This document shows positions 13,260-25,344 of a DNA stretch of 64,000 nt, piece by piece. The notes under the pieces are model-generated. The model worked only from the letters and a program-made list of their open reading frames with translations. It had not been told where the DNA came from and ran no database searches. Made by a program: the position numbers and the translations under genes. Origin of the DNA: Marsupella aquatica. Taxonomy: Eukaryota; Plantae; Marchantiophyta. The stretch is taken from NCBI GenBank assembly GCA_973895155.1, contig OZ316894.1, positions 19,444,805-19,508,804 on the forward strand, written 5' to 3'. The stretch's first letter is position 1. The number at the start of each line of letters is the position of its first letter.

Positions 13260-13547
13260 TGTTGGAGTTCTATTGTCGTTAGGACATTACGCCCACCTTC
13301 TCTTGCTCTGATTACTACATAAATTTAGGAGTAATTACTAGCCGTATATGACACTGCCGTCCTTGCTTTAGTAGTATGGGACAAGGTCTGAGTTGGCCCT
13401 TGTCACGTTGCATTGACCTTGTGTGTGATAGACCATATTATCAGGAGCTTATCTCAGCTTGGACTCATGCGGGCTGTGTGCCGGTCTCTCTCATGTATTT
13501 ATCTCCCTCTCCTCTGTGAGATTATCAAGTTGTTTAAAACTTCAACA
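13260..13547 (+). repeat. 3' LTR of copia element 1
   Basis: Direct repeat of 7329-7616, preceded by the PPT and followed by the TSD. Confidence 0.97.
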
Positions 13548-14244
13548 TATCACTCCGCTCCTTTCGTTTAGTCTCCATATCTCTGGTCTATCTCGGCCTT
13601 TTCGGCCGTCTGTTTTATGTTTTTCGATGTTCTAAAATTAATTGCCCAACCCATCCCGCCAGTGGCACAGCGTTCTGCCTGGGCTGAGTTTCGCTTTCGC
13701 TCTCGCTCTCGCCCCACCCCACCCCGCCCGGCCCGGCCCGGCCCCCGTCCAAAACGAACGAACCGTCCAATGTCTAGCATGATTGAAGAGTAGCCTTTCA
13801 GTTGAATAGATATCTCAAATCTAGCTTGATCTTGGAATGTTTAGATATGGCAAATTTAATTGAATAGCAACCCATGCAGAGATGGGAATTTGTAGTGAAG
13901 CTATTGACGCATCAGTATTCTCAACAGTTTGTTAAGCTCGATCCTGACGGCCGAGATCAGGACCGCTCTCAATTATGATCAGAATCCAGACAACCCGAAT
14001 GCATGCACATGCTAATTAAGGGTTTCTGAATACCCTGGCAAACGAAGTCCGGCCATGCAATTGTCATCACTTGCCTATGGATCCTAATGACAAAATTAAC
14101 CACCAGGCAATCGCAGCATTAGGAGGCCACAACGCTCACCTTCCATCGAATGACTAGACTTTTTGTACAGGCGAAAGCCTTTGGAACTAAGACGAAGTAT
14201 ATGATCAGGTTGAGGATCCCCATGCCATCGTGATGGTTATCTTC

Positions 14245-17200
14245 CTAATAATCCTCCTTCAGACAGTAATGCCCTTCCTTTACAACACTCATCTCCACCC
14301 ACAGGTTCTTAAGCTCATGGTCATCATCCTCAGTGGTAGACTGAATAACGTCTAAGTTCCTTACACCAGACAGCTCCACCCACAACATCTGAAGCTCCGT
14401 CCACACCTCATTCATTGTAGGCCTAGATTTAGCCCGCATGTTCACACATTTCATCGCCAATCTTCCAACATTCAAGATGGACTCCCTCCCGTGGCCAGCT
14501 GGGTCATTATAGGTCTCCATAAGCGTTGGATCAATAATTTCTTGCAGATCTCCTGCTGTTATTTTCGGACTAGCTAAGTTCACAAGGCTGCTATCATCGC
14601 CACTCCTGCTCAATTCTAGCGCAAGCTTTGCTGATATGAGCTCCAGCAGCACCACACCAAAGCTAAATACATCACTTTTATCAGTCAGTCTATAGGAGGT
14701 ATAGTACTCAGGATCTATATAACCCATGGTACCTTGAACTGCAATTGTTGAGACATGTGTGGCTTGCAAAGGAGCCAATTTCGAGATTCCGAAATCTGCC
14801 ACTTTAGCGTTAAGGTCCTCATCTAATAAGATGTTTGCTGATTTGACATCTCTATGATATATTGGGAATGCAGTTGCGGTATGAAGATACGTCAACGCAT
14901 TGGCAGTTTGAACGGCAATGTTAAGGCTTGTTGCCAGCTCAAGCGATCAGCTCCCAATTTGCCACGAAGACGATCTTGGAGTGTGCCATTTGAAACAAAC
15001 TCAAAGACGAGCACAGCAGCCTTGTTTTCCATACAGCAACCAAGCAACTTCACAAGATTGCGGTGGTTCACTTGGGACAAGATCCTCACCTCGTTCAAGA
15101 ATTGCTCCTTATCCTTCTCTGAACCCTCTCGCTTGCTTCTCTTGATGGCTACGATAGTTCCATCGCTGAGTTTGCCGGCGTATACTGTCCCGAAGCCTCC
15201 TTCTCCTATTTGTGCACCCTCTGCGAAGTTGTCGGTGGCTTTCTTGAGCTCCCGAAGTGGCATGAGTGTTGCCGAATCCCTCTCCAACAGAGTGCTGATC
15301 AGATCCGCGTCTTGTTGGTGCTTCTTCTGGTACACTCTCCACCGCCAGGTTGCCGCCAAACAACTTCCCATAGCTACAGTTAGAGCGCCTCCGATTAAGA
15401 GAAACAACTCCCACCATGGTACACGTGGTCCTCGTGAGAAAACTTGAGGACTATGACGGGGACACGGATTTAGAGGAAGACCACAAAGTTCAACATTTCC
15501 AGCAAAGATGTCTGGATTATAGAAGCTACTGTTTGGTGGGATTGTTGGAAGCGATCCTGATAAATTGTTATGTGAGAGATCGAGCTGTCTTAGATTGGGA
15601 AGCATCAACATATCTGGGGGAAGAGGCCCACTTATATCATTCCCAGAAAGCATCAAAACCTGGAGAGATGGCAAACACGAGCTGTTGAAAGTTGACCCCA
15701 AAATCTCCCCGTCCAAGTGACTGTTGCTGAAATCCAAAACTTGGAGCACAGATAGGTTAAGAAAGCATGCATGAAGAACAGGCGTTCCCGAAAAGTTGTT
15801 GCCTCCAACCCGGAACTCTGTGAGCCGCTTGCTATAACTATTCAGTGTCTCCAGCGTCGCCGATATGGGGTCAGGAATGGCTTCCGACGTACTCCATCCA
15901 AGATTGTTGTTGCGAAGGTCTATGTATCGTAGACTATTGAATGGAGTACTCTTTGCAACTCTCGTGAGGTCTCCCGTAAACAGATTATTTGCAAGTCGAC
16001 ATTCGATTGTGAACATAAAACCAGAACTCCCCACCAGGACATCGACTATGTCTCCAGAAAGGCGGTTATTTTGAACCCGCAAAACGGAGATATAGGAACC
16101 GTTGCTAAATATGTTTGACGGAATGGGTCCACTAAGATCATTGTAACTAAGATCAAGAACACCAAAACACGTATAGGTGGCACCATCGATAGAGATACTA
16201 CCATTAAGGAGATTGTGTGATAAATTAACTGTAGGACACACATATGTATTATTGTCTGCAGCCCAACGCTGTAAGAGATCGGACGGGATTTTTCCCACAA
16301 AACGGTTTTGAGATAAATCTAAGGTAACGTACGGTAACTCGGAAAATCCCAAAGGGATAGTCCCTGTCAATCGATTGGAGGAGAGGTCTAGGAACTGCAA
16401 GCTCTTCAAATCCATCATACCAGACGGAATCACGCCCGTTAGCTGATTGAAGGAGACGGACAAGCTCGATAGACTGCTATTTGCGCCAACGAACCAAGGC
16501 TCGTGGAAGCCATTAAAGTTGTTATTGTCGAGCTTCAACTGGACAAGGTTTGCCGCGTTTGGAAGAGCAGGGATGGTGCCGCTGAGAGAATTATTAGAAA
16601 GATCGACAAAGAAAATGTTACTCAGTCCATCCAGCCCTTTTGGAAATGGGCCAGAAAGTTGATTGTGAGCTAGATAAAGAACCTGCAAATTCACCAGGGC
16701 ACCCACAGTCGGGATCTCACCGGAGAAGTTATTTTGCTGAAGAGAAATATACTGTAGGTTCCGGCTGGCAGAAAAACAGGGTGGTATAGGGCCAGAAATG
16801 CTGTTGAATGAGAGATCCAGCCAGGTGAGTTTCGTCAAATTGCAAATCTGGAACTCGGGAAAATACACCAAGCGAGACCCCAAGTGGTTGGATGAGATAT
16901 CCAGCCGAGTGAGCCCTGTCAAGCGGTAGACACCACTTACAGCATACAATTGGTTTGATGAGAGATCCAACTCACGAAGATCTTGAAGGTTAGATAACGC
17001 TTTCAGTTCCATGGAGTCAGTGAGCGCCTGTTGGGTATTTACCCAAGCCGAAAGATCAAGCCCTGATACAGTAGAATTGTTGATGCATCTTACACCAATC
17101 CAATCACACGGCTTCTCGTCAGTTTCTTTCCAGTTGTCCCAATATACGGGTCCTGGTCCCCAAACACGCTTGTTGTCTGCCCTGAATTGAAGAAGGGCCG

Positions 17201-17321
17201 TCGCATCGGTGCTTCGATTCAGAGAATCCACTCCACCTAGAAGCCGGATCCAGACTAGCAATACTGAGATAAGCTGGAAGTATGCTGAGAATGCAGGGAA
17301 TGATGAATAACTGGACGCCAT
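14245..17321 (-). pseudogene. Intronless LRR receptor-like kinase with a WAK/WAKL-type kinase domain (copy 1), 1-bp frameshift in the kinase
   Basis: Signal peptide, LRRNT cap (PCDWIGVRC), ~18-20 plant LRRs, LCGxPL cap, TM, then kinase GEGGFGTVY, VAIK, HRDVKSANILLD, DFG, GYIDPEY. One G is missing at ~14927 relative to copy 2 (AAGGCTTG vs AAGGCGTTG), which splits the ORF; this could also be a sequencing error. Confidence 0.9.
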
Positions 17322-18919
17322 TTTTGCACTGTGTAGAACTTGTCCTGACAAATATACTCTCAAGTTTAGACACAGCCTATGTACTCAATTTGTACAGATA
17401 GCCTAGATCTCAACCACTAGTAGAGATACTGTCGGAAGTGCGCAAGTTTTGCTGAAATTCCGCAAGAACGACTGGACATGGGAAGTGCGAACTCTGTTTC
17501 TTCAATTGTGTTGTCCAGGGTGACTTCAAGTCCCCTCTCGACAGCGCTGGTTTATCAATCAGGCCCGCTAGTATCGTAGGCATCAGGAATATCTAGATCT
17601 GGTAGGACGACCAATTCAAACCACGTAATCGTAAATGGCAGCGTCATTATCAGAGGAGATAGAAAACTGAGTCGCTGAAAGAGCTGCGTCTCAGTCGTAA
17701 GACAGTGGAGAATTATGGAAAAGCTGGATGGTACGTTGTCTAGAGAAGAGGGTGATGCAGTCTATTCCCGGTGCTCTCGATTACGAGATTGCTAATATGG
17801 TGTGTTAACACCGATGATCAAAATGAAAGGATCAGAAGCTATTACTCTATATCGGAACTAATCAAATAGAACAAAAGGATATCGAAAAACCCGCGCATTA
17901 AGATTCTGAACATTGTCGTTCTATCCGGGATCCGCCATGCCAGAATGACATATGCTACTTCCTCCTCAGACTTCCCAAGAATCTCCCCCTTGAATAATTC
18001 TATTAAACCCGTCACATTCATTGTTTAGAATTATTTAGAATTAAAGAATCAATCAGAAGTTGAAAAATGTATCTCTCGTTGTTGTCTTCTCCACGTAGTG
18101 TGTCGGGTGATGTTCCTTTGTCAATTTCTATTTGACTGCAATATTGTGACCGATCGGAAAGATCAGGGTCTACGTTAATTGGAGATTCTTCTTATAGTGT
18201 CACATGGTTGTATCCATCCTGGTCATCCCAACAAACGTGTGTGTCCATGAGGGCTTTAAGTTCAATCTATCACGGTTGTCTGAAGTAGATGACAAAATAA
18301 TCTGAAAAGCGGGAGGAGCAGTGTGGTGAAGAACAGTACTGTTCCAGAAGTCCTGTACTGTTCCAGAAGTCCTAGTACTGAAGTCCATGATAGTACTGTT
18401 CCACAAATGTGGGACAGAAAGGTTCCAAAACTGACGCACTTTACAAGCCACCAAGTCTCTCTCATTCTGGGCGCCATGGAGAATAGTTTGCTTGCCCCTC
18501 CCTGCCGTGCATCAACCCCAACCCACACCCGTAAGTAAGTCTTTCCACAGTCAGTCTAATTTGCAATTTATTCCAGCCCACTGTGGCTTTTTGGCGATTA
18601 CTGTTCGGTGAAGTAGTTTTGCTTCCCCGCCAAGCTCTTCCCTGCCCTGCTCCCTGCCCTGCCTGTACAGCATGGCAACGATAAGTAGCAGACAAGGATG
18701 AGATCGGACTAGTGATTCATTTTGAGCTTCAAGGAACAGAGCATCCACTGCCACTTAACGGTGCATCTCCATATCTGCTACAGCTCCCTAGTTCAATCCA
18801 TTCCCGAGCTGCATGGTTCGTATACTTGCTGTTTCCCCTAGATTTGTAGTGAGGGGAAGAGGAATGGGGAGGTTTCATTTAGTCAGGTGACTGGGCGGGC
18901 GGTCTATGAGAACAGACTT

Positions 18920-21900
18920 ATGGAGGAGCACTTTATTCTGAGGGTGCCGGCTTCCGTGGCAGAGCGCTTGAATCGGCTGCTGAACGAGAACCCAGCATCA
19001 CCTTCAGACAACTTGATTGATCTGAAGGCCTCTGGGTGGTGGGGAAGGTGGACCTTAACTGTGGTGATGTGGCAAATTGTCGGACCCAAAGGGAATCCAC
19101 ATTGCAAAAACCAAGCTTGGAAGCAATAGTTTGCTAGGCTACTATCACACTTTCAGGTGGATGGAGGTGGTGACTGACTAACTTTTCTAGGTTTGTCAGT
19201 CACCACGCCAATTCCTTTTTCCCAAGTTTTGTCGAGTGCACACTGTTGTTTCCCACTAGATCGTTGAGTTTCATCCAATGTTGGATGACTCTTTTATTGA
19301 ATTTCCTCCAATTTGCCTATGAAGGAATTTTGTCTCGGTTTATTATCCTTAAAGTATCGGGCGTGGCATATTACTTGTGGCTCTGTCTGGAGCGCTTGTT
19401 GCAGAGGATGGGCGGACTGGGAACATTGTAATTGGCAGTGGCACGACAATAAGCTTATAAAAACTGCGGATGTGGGGCAGGTGTCTCCAGCTATCCATTT
19501 CACTCCACAGCGTTGGCGTTTAATTTCATCAAAGATAGCACTTTAAATGAACCGAAGCAGTCCTGGTCTTCATATGCCGTCAAAGATTCTGATGCCACAT
19601 TGGCAACTTCATGGACTTATGAGAAGTTTAGAATTTCCAAAATCACTAAACAATTGTTGGAAAGATTGCTATCGGCATGTCAAATTGGCAATTTGTGGAC
19701 TTACAGAAGAAATTCAGACTTTGCTAAATCACTAAACAGTGTGGAAACCAATGTTATCGCAAGACTGTGGACACCCATAGGCGGCTATCAGGCATCAGTG
19801 CCCAATTTGAGCCATGTTGGTCCGAAGGAGAGAAGTACCCAAGCCTGTCGGCCGACTTCGGTTCCCTCTTTCTTCGATTGTGCTTTATTTGAAGGTCTTC
19901 CGTTTTTGGTATGGTAGTCAAGGTGCATTCTTAACTATTCTCGATTTCTCAACGAGAAGGGTCTTACTTCATTGGTTGGTTTGTCACAATGCAAAGGCTT
20001 AAGCAACTAATTGGTTTTGCGTTGGTTGACGTGTACATATATATCCTCATTGAGTGCAAGAGATGTAGATGTCCTCATTGAGTCCTATTGTTGGCACGGC
20101 TTTACTATCTAGTGTACATTAACTCCTATAAAGAAGGGTTGTGTCGTTTCTTGAAGTGGTGGTCATTCAAAAATTACAGTTTCTGGTGTCAAGTGAGATA
20201 ACTCAAATATGCAAAGCAAAAGTGAGATAACTCAAATATGCAAAGCAAAACTAAGAGGACAAATAAAAATAAAGCCAAGGCAAAAAATTAAGGGAGAAGT
20301 ATCCTTCTTGATATTCCTCATCACTTTAGCTTTCCTTTTGATGTCCTCATTGTACTTGCAAGTATACACTTTATCCAATCCCTCCCTGTCCGTTGTCTTA
20401 TTAATTTGTCCCAATGTACTCTAGATGTCCATGCAATGCCCTGGGCCCTCAGTTTATGAAATAATGAAACATACATGCAAATGTCTGACGGGCATTTTAA
20501 ATCTATTTTGAAAATAATATTAGAACAAGGTTAGCATGAACTAGGGCACCATATATGCGTAGTCTAGGTTAGAAGAAATGAAGATTGTCATAAATTTGGT
20601 TGCCCATTACATTAGTTGGTGGGGTATGTAAATACTCCATGATAGATGTTAGCATTTTATTGGTCCACGTGTTTTAGTCTCATTGGTTTAGGGTATGTGA
20701 TAGGGTCAGTCTCTCATACCAATTCTCACACAAGAACCCTAAACCCCCTCCCCAACCCTCTCGTATTTGGGTGTAACCTGGGTTTTGGGTTTTTGGAGCC
20801 ATTCAATGGGAGGTTGCCCTAGAATGGACGGCCCAATGTGAGTAAGATGCAGCTTATATGCAGCCCCTAAACCTGGCTTGTTTCTATAACAAATGAAGGG
20901 TATTTTAAATACTCAAATATCAAAGATTATAATAACCTAAGAATATTTTATATAGGACTGAAATTTCTTTTTAGAACGAACAAAATAGATTTAAATGTTC
21001 ATCCAAAATATAACAAGGGGTACATACTTGGGGAGGCTTTGGTCACAAGTATATCTCATTACATTTCCCTTAGTGAGGGCCCAGGGATGCAATACAAGGA
21101 GAATGTACATACCCATTCCGCTTGGTACTCATATGAAATCATTTTATGAAAACAAATATAATCAGTAAAATTCAATACATATATTGATGAGATAACAAGG
21201 GGTTAGGGGCCAAAGTACTCTTGGCTGGGGTAACAGGGTTTAGGGATACATATATAAAGTGACAACCACATTATCTTGACAACACCAAAAACTATAATAA
21301 AATGTTGCAGCACCTTTTTTGCCGTGCTTGTCTTTTGAATTTGCAGGACCAAAAAATAAAGAAAATGAGAATGAGAAAGGAAAACCAAAAAAACATTTAC
21401 ATTTAGTGTGAAGGAAAGAGTGACACCTAAGCATGAAAAAGGATCTGCCATATATGATGCACAAGAATGAAGTCACCATCCATGCATATGAAATGTTACT
21501 CCCCCTACCATTCTTTACCACTATAATACCTATCCGGGATTGTCCCTTTACAAACTAATTAAAAATCACGAACCAATCTTTGACCCTTCATCAAAATATT
21601 GTTTTTTAACACAATCAAATCTATCCATACACACCATCTTAAATGAATCATGTCTGTCTAAACTGCCTTTTAGCTTGCCTACACCTGTCTTGTAAAGATT
21701 TTAGGGCAGTTCTTTTTCCTTGCCTTGTCATTTTTTTTTCATCTTGACATCTTTTCTTATACTGACAACTTTATTTTACCATGAAATTTTTTCTCACTCT
21801 CAACATCTTTTCTCTTTTCAATATATTTTTATCACCTTGCCATCTTTTTTCTCCTTGACATAGTTTCTCAACTCCATTTCATTTCCTCACCTCAACGTTT

Positions 21901-22530
21901 TTTTCTTCTATCAACATCTTTTTCAGGACATCTTGGCGTCATGATATTTTTTTTTCTTAAGAACATCATGGATCACAAGACATTTTTTTCTCAAGAATAT
22001 CTTCGGCAACACAACATATTGTTCCTTAATGACATCTTGGGAGACATGAGCCACATAATTTTTCTTGAGGACAGATTTTTTTCTTATCAATCTTGGGAGA
22101 CATGAGCCACCTATTTTTTCTTGAGGACAGAATTTTTCTTATCGATATCGTGGCTGACACGACATATTATTTTTCACTACACCTTTTGTGCAACGCACCC
22201 GTATGGAACTAGTTCTATATTTCCCGGTAGTTTCTGGGTACCAAAATATTTTCTTTTTGAGTTTGGAATCTTCAATCTCTTTCGCTGTCACCCGAAGTTA
22301 TTTGAGTGTTCTTTAGCAGCACATGTGGAGGTCGTAGGGGAGGAAGAGATGCAGATGCTGACGGTGACACACAAGACCCACCCACTGCTGCAGCATCCGT
22401 AGCTGACTCCCAAACAATTTCGCAAAAACATGATGTCGCAACAGCCGATCAGCCAATGGCAGACGACGAATCAGCAGAGCACGACCTTCATGATGCCATG
22501 GAGGAAAATGAAGATAACGATGGCTCCTGA
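18920..22530 (+). pseudogene. TAF7: TAF7 (TFIID subunit, TAFII55 family) disrupted copy
   Basis: MEEHFILRVPASVAERLNRLL at 18920 is the TAF7 N-terminus. An exon remnant at ~19404-19480 has EDGRTGNIVIG fused to DNKLIKTADVGQ|GT with the intervening conserved block missing. A probable acidic last exon ends at 22530. Confidence 0.7.
20108..22212 (+). mobile_element. Probable non-autonomous Helitron inside the TAF7 pseudogene
   Basis: The 3' end has the hairpin GTGCAACGCAC, then CCGTATGGAA, then CTAG|T at 22209-22213, the canonical Helitron terminus. The 5' A|TC at 20108 is a candidate only. The interior is AT-rich and non-coding. Confidence 0.5.
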
Positions 22531-22828
22531 CGGGACCAAGTCTGCTCTCAATTATGATTAGAATCATGACCAGCCGAATTAAGGACTTCTGAATACCCTG
22601 GAACACGAAAGTCCATGCTATTGTCGTCACTTGCCTATGGATCCTAAGATGAAACTTAACGACCAGGCAACGGTGGCATTGGAGGCCACAACGTTCACCT
22701 GACAGGGAACCACTAGACTGTAGTACAAGCGAAAGCTTTGGAAAGAAGAGGTACACGATCAGGTTGAGCATCCCCATTGCCATGGTGATGATTATCTTCC
22801 TAATAATACTCCTTCAGTGAGTAATGCC

Positions 22829-25119
22829 CTACCTTATAACACTCATCTCCACCCACAGGTTCGGAAGGTCATGGTCATCTTCCTCATCGTCTTCAATGAT
22901 AGATTTAATAACATCCAATTTCATTGTGCAAGTCAGCTCCACCCACAAGATCTGAAGCTCTGTCCACACCTCATTCATTGTAGGCCTAGCTTTAGATCGC
23001 AGGTTCACACATTTCATCGCCAATCTTCCGACATTCAAGATGGACTCCCTCCCATGGTCATTGTATGTCTCTATAAGCGTTGGATCAATAATTTCTTGCA
23101 GATCTCCTGCTGTTATCTTCGGACTAGCTAAGTTCACAAGACTGCTGTCATCGCCACTCCTGCTCAAGTCTAGCGCAAGCTTTGCTGAGATGAGCTCCAG
23201 CAGAACCACACCAAAGCTAAATACATCACTTTTATCAGTCAGTCTATAGGAGGTATAGTACTCAGGATCTATATAGCCCATGGTACCTTGAACTGCAATT
23301 GTTGAGACATGAGTGGCTTGCAAAGGAGCCAATTTCGAGATTCCAAAATCTGCCACTTTAGCGTTAAGGTCCTCATCTAATAAGATGTTTGCTGACTTGA
23401 CATCTCTATGATATATTGGGAATGCAGTTGCGGTATGAAGATACGTCAACGCATTGGCAGTTTGAACGGCAATGTTAAGGCGTTGTTGCCAGGTCAAACG
23501 ATTAGCCCCAAATTTGCCATGAAGATGATCTTGGAGAGTGCCATTTGAAACAAACTCGAACACAAGAACAGCAGCCTTGTTTTCCATACAGCAACCAAGC
23601 AGCTTCACAAGGTTGCGGTGGTTCACTTGGGACAAGATCCTCACCTCATTCAAGAATTGTTCCTTATCCTTGTCAGAACCCTCTCGCTTGCTTCGCTTGA
23701 TAGCTACGATGGTTCCATCGTGGAGTTTGCCTGCGTATACTGTCCCAAAGCCTCCTTCTCCTATTTGTGCACTCTCGGCAAAGTTGTCCGTGGCTTTCTT
23801 AAGCTCCCGAAGCGGCATTAGTGTTGCCGAATCCCGCTCCAACAGAGTCTTGATCAGATCCGCATCTTGTTGGTGCCTTTTCTGGTACACTCTCCACCGC
23901 CAGGTTGCCGCCAGACAACTTCCCATAGCTACCGTGAGAGCTCCTCCGATTATGAGAAACAACTCCCACCATGGTACACGTGATCGAGCAAAAATCTGGG
24001 GAAGGCCCTGAATGGGGCATGCCTCTAGGGGAAGACCACAAAGTCCAGCATTTCCAGCAAAGATGTCCGGATTATAGAAGCTACTGTTTGGTGGGATTGT
24101 TGGAAGAGATCCTGATAATTTGTTATCTGACAAATCGAGCCCCCGTAGATTTGGAAGCATCAATATATCTGGGGGAACAGGCCCACTTATATCATTGCCA
24201 GAAAGCTTCAAGACCTGGAGTGATGGCAAACATGAGCTGTTGAAAGTTGAACCCAAAATCTCCCCTGTCAAGTGACTGTTGCTGAGATCCAGAACTTGGA
24301 GCAGAGTTAGAGTAACAAAGCATGCACTAGGAACAGGAGTTCCGGAAAAATTGTTGCCTCCAACTCGGACGTCCGTGATAGACTTCCAGCTCTGGAGCGT
24401 AGCCGATATGGGGTCAGGAATGGCTTCCGACGTAGTCCATCTTAGATTGTTGTTCTGAAGGTTTATGTATTGAAGACCGTAGTATCCAGGATCACTATTC
24501 GCAAGCTTTGTGAGGTCCCCTGTGAAGAGATTATTTTCAAGTCGACAGTCCGTTGTGAACCCAAAACCGAGACCTCCAAAAAGGACGTCGACTATGTCTC
24601 CTGAAAGGCGATTATTTTGAAGCCACAGATAGTTGATGGAAGAACCTGAGCTACTAAAGATATTTGATGTGATAGGTCCACTCAATTTATTGTAACTGAG
24701 ATCAAGAACAATAAAACAAAGAAAGGTTGCACCATCAAGAGGGATGCTACCAGTAAGGAGATTGTGCGATAGATTAAGTGTAGGACAAGTCTCAGAATTA
24801 AGTCCAAGCGAATTCACTAGGAGATCGGACGGGATTTCTCCCACGAAACGGTTCTGCGATAAATCTAAGGCAACATATTGTAGCTTCGAAAATCCCTTGG
24901 GAATAGTCCCTGCCAATTGATTGGAGGAGAGGTTTAGGAGCTGCAAGTTCAGCAAATGCATCATACCAGACGGAATCCCTCCCGTTAGCTGATTGTAAGC
25001 GGCGGACAAGCTCAATAGACTGCTATTTGTGCCGACGAACCAAGGCTCCTCGAAGCCTGTAAAGTTGTTGTTGTCGAGCTTCAACTGGACAAGGTTTGTT
25101 CCCTTTGGAAGAGCAGGGA
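22829..25119 (-). pseudogene. LRR-RLK with WAK-type kinase (copy 2), 5'-truncated
   Basis: Paralog of 14245-17321 with an intact kinase frame. Homology to copy 1 stops at 25119 (...GGAAGAGCAGGGA), so the signal peptide and first LRRs are absent. The ORF-track start at 25228 is a TTG in unrelated DNA. Confidence 0.88.
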
Positions 25120-25344
25120 ACAAACTCTTGTCCAGTTTGTTCTCTTTTAGTTGATATTTTGTTTTTTGAAATTCCCAAACAAGACCACTCACACTAGGGA
25201 CATTCTCAAAATGCCAAACTTCTTTCAATATGATTCATGAATTCATGAATTCATCATTCACAACATTTATGGTTTGCCATGAACTCAAATAATAATAAAT
25301 TGCAAATACTAATGTTTGACAAAATTGCCAAAGATTGGTAAATC

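Larger units (their letters stand above)
7329..13547 (+). mobile_element. Full-length Ty1/copia LTR retrotransposon (coding region defective)
   Basis: 288-bp TG...CA LTRs with 3 mismatches counted, and a 5-bp TSD TATCA (7324-7328, 13548-13552). PBS TGGTATCAGAGC at 7617-7628, PPT GAGAGGGGG at 13251-13259. Domain order gag-PR-INT-RT-RH. Confidence 0.97.

Noticed and set aside
14854-24243. Plus-strand ORFs overlapping the RLK genes
   Set aside because: Antisense shadows of the kinase and LRR coding sequence.
22829-25228. 799-aa ORF as a complete receptor kinase
   Set aside because: It starts at a TTG in non-homologous DNA. The first ~36 codons are junction or TE flank, and there is no signal peptide.
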